A stretch of DNA of 64,000 nt from a virus. The position numbers and the translations under genes are program-made. This document shows, piece after piece, positions 62,152 through 64,000 of this stretch. The DNA lies in the IMG/VR virus record IMGVR_UViG_3300015615_001170, positions 505-64,504 of that record. One strand, given 5' to 3'. Each line of letters opens with the position of its first letter. Positions within the stretch are counted from its first letter, which is position 1. Below the pieces are notes generated by a model that ran no database searches, was not told where the DNA came from, and saw only the letters and a program-made list of their open reading frames with translations.

Positions 62152-62408
62152 GCGAGCCGACGAAACGAGATTGTGCAGGATGCCATAACGACTTCTACAA
62201 CCACAACCGCATGGGGCTGAATGAGGAAGGTGGCGAGCCGAAGTGCTGGAGCCTGAAGGACGCCACTTTCGTCAAGGCAATGGACGTGCCCACTAACCAG
62301 CCGCCGCCATACAAGCTGCCGCTGACGAAGCGACCGAGTTGCTACAAAGCGCAGGGCTATGTCCGCGTCAAGCCGGAGAATCTAACGAAGGAAGGATTCT
62401 GGAAATGA
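62148..62408 (+). CDS. Hypothetical Cys-containing protein
   Basis: CAGCHNDFYN..CWS..CY. Confidence 0.6.
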   Translation: MSEPTKRDCAGCHNDFYNHNRMGLNEEGGEPKCWSLKDATFVKAMDVPTNQPPPYKLPLTKRPSCYKAQGYVRVKPENLTKEGFWK

Positions 62409-62653
62409 GCGAGCCGACAAGGGAGCAGGTGCTGGAGTCGTTACTAGACAATCCAACGTGGATAAGCGGCTCTGAGTCTAGTGGACCATTGTGGCAAGTT
62501 GGCATAGAAAACCTGCGCCGTCTCTGCGCCCTCGCATTCGCAGCCGGGGCGAAGGCCGAGAACGAGGCGTGCGAGAAGTTGTGCGTGGGAGCAGCAAGCG
62601 ATAAGCGCACCTTTGAGATACAGCAGGCGATTATCGCCAGGAGGCCCGAATGA
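62405..62653 (+). CDS. Hypothetical protein
   Basis: AENEACEKLC..I.AR motif; ATGA-coupled. Confidence 0.55.
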   Translation: MSEPTREQVLESLLDNPTWISGSESSGPLWQVGIENLRRLCALAFAAGAKAENEACEKLCVGAASDKRTFEIQQAIIARRPE

Positions 62654-63264
62654 CCAACGAAGATCGCAAGCTGATGGAGGGGGCGTTGGAGAACTGCCGA
62701 CTGTTGGCAGCAAGGCATCGAAAAGAGGAATGGGCGCAGCACATCCTGCGATTCTGCGAAGAAGCAGGCGTTACTTCCAACCCGCTCCGTGCCCGCCTCG
62801 CAGCCGATCCCGTCGCGCAGGAGGCGAAGCCGTCGCTTGTGGCTTGCGATAACTGCCCGTCCATCATGGGATGCGTCGAAGGGCAATGCGTGCGAGCGCA
62901 GCCGGACTTGATCCCGCAGGACAAACTTTTCGTTGTTCCACAGATGGGCAACTGCGTTACGCGAGTAAGTCTCGCGCAACCGGAGCCGGTGGCATGGTTT
63001 AGATATGAGAACGGAGATCGCGTCTACTACGCAACGAAAGCGTGGGACGACTTGCAGCCGCTGTTCGCCTCTCCCTCTGCGCGAGCGCCGCTGACAGACG
63101 TTGCCTCCATCTTCTGCGTCTACGAGACGGACGCAAAGGGCGAATGCTCAGAATGGTTCTGGAGCAAGAAAGCCGCAGAACTTGAGGCCAAGAAACGCGG
63201 GCCGACGTGGGGGGTATCGGAATGGCTCAATCGCGTTGAGGTCGAGCGGAAGGTGCGGGGATGA
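62650..63264 (+). CDS. Mosaic early hypothetical protein
   Basis: AQPEPVAW..PLFA module; ATGA-coupled. Confidence 0.55.
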   Translation: MTNEDRKLMEGALENCRLLAARHRKEEWAQHILRFCEEAGVTSNPLRARLAADPVAQEAKPSLVACDNCPSIMGCVEGQCVRAQPDLIPQDKLFVVPQMGNCVTRVSLAQPEPVAWFRYENGDRVYYATKAWDDLQPLFASPSARAPLTDVASIFCVYETDAKGECSEWFWSKKAAELEAKKRGPTWGVSEWLNRVEVERKVRG

Positions 63265-63812
63265 AGGAACGGCCCATCCTATTTTCTGGCCCCATGGTCA
63301 ACGCGATCCTGGCCGGCACGAAAAGCCAGACGCGCAGGATCGTGAAGCACGGCACGCCTGACGACTGGAACGCCTGCCCCTTTGGCGTGATCGGCGACAG
63401 GCTCTGGGTGCGAGAGACGTGGGACTTTCTGCCCGACTCTGGCCCGGACGAACCCAACGCGGCAATGATCCGCTACTGGGCCGGCGGCGACATGGAGCGC
63501 CGCATTGTGCCGAGCGACTTCAACCCATTTCTCTACAACTACGAGAAGAAGCGCTCCCCCATCCACATGCCACGCTGGGCGAGCCGCATTACCCTGGAGA
63601 TCACCGGCGTGCGCGTGCAGCGACTGCAGGAGATCAGCACTGCTGACGCGATAGCCGAGGGTATCAAGGTGCATCCAGACTTCCACGACAAGCCGCGCGA
63701 CAGCCTATACAGCCCGGCGCAGGCTTACCGTGACCTGTGGGATCAGATCCACGGTGCCGACGCCTGGGAGAAGAACCCGTGGGTGTGGGCGCTGGAGTTC
63801 AAGAGAGCCTGA
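63261..63812 (+). CDS. ASCH/PUA-like phage protein
   Basis: ERPILFS..MV.AIL.G.K.QTRR..GDRLWVRETW..IHMPRWASRI.LEI..NPWVW..EF. Confidence 0.8.
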   Translation: MKERPILFSGPMVNAILAGTKSQTRRIVKHGTPDDWNACPFGVIGDRLWVRETWDFLPDSGPDEPNAAMIRYWAGGDMERRIVPSDFNPFLYNYEKKRSPIHMPRWASRITLEITGVRVQRLQEISTADAIAEGIKVHPDFHDKPRDSLYSPAQAYRDLWDQIHGADAWEKNPWVWALEFKRA

Positions 63813-64000
63813 TGATCCGCTACGTCCGCATCCCGCGCTTCTGCGAGTTGACGGGTTATACCGAGGATGCGGTGCGCAAGATGATCGAGGGTGGCAAGTG
63901 GGAGCGCGGCAAGCAGTACGAAGTCGCTCCGGATGGACATGCGCACATCGACATGAAAGGCTTTGAAGAGTGGGCCGAGCAACCGCTGTTCCAGAAGGCC
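63812..64000 (+). CDS. xis: Excisionase-like protein (3' end outside window)
   Basis: MIRYVRIPRFCELTGYTEDAVRKMIEGGKW..APDG..ID..GFEEW; TGATG-coupled; not in ORF track because it has no stop in the window. Confidence 0.75.
   Translation, partial: MIRYVRIPRFCELTGYTEDAVRKMIEGGKWERGKQYEVAPDGHAHIDMKGFEEWAEQPLFQKA

Larger units (their letters stand above)
1..64000. mobile_element. Temperate podovirus-like phage/prophage (ends and att sites not visible; integrase expected just right of the window)
   Basis: Complete terminase-portal-scaffold-capsid-short tail-ejection module, lysis, cI/cro switch, replication, Q-like gene and excisionase; no host housekeeping genes recognised. Confidence 0.93.

Overview
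The window is almost entirely one GC-rich temperate podovirus-type phage or prophage, probably of a betaproteobacterium. A minus-strand late operon (about 46.8 kb to 4.65 kb) runs from a late promoter and a tRNA-fMet-like gene through the lysis genes (GH19 endolysin), terminase and P22-like portal. It continues through a ~10 kb block of appendage genes, a tRNA/tRNA-like RNA cluster, a FkbM-GT9 fusion, scaffold, N4-gp56-type capsid, short-tail genes and ejection proteins, ending in a 2096-aa polyvalent protein. A minus-strand Cro/replication/Q operon (53.4-46.9 kb), a lambda-like immunity switch and a plus-strand early operon (recombination, SSB, MazG-like, excisionase at the right edge) follow. 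The left edge holds more early-type genes and a lower-GC accessory island (trypsin-like protease, PEP-CTERM protein). The strongest unexplained signals are: a tandem array of CCA-ended tRNA-like RNAs; a homing endonuclease that appears to have duplicated and recoded its target gene's 5' end; a xxxGGxV peptide tag shared by the portal and ejection proteins; the immunity operator reused over the late promoter; and two highly structured leader RNAs. All calls come from motif recognition by eye, with no database searches.
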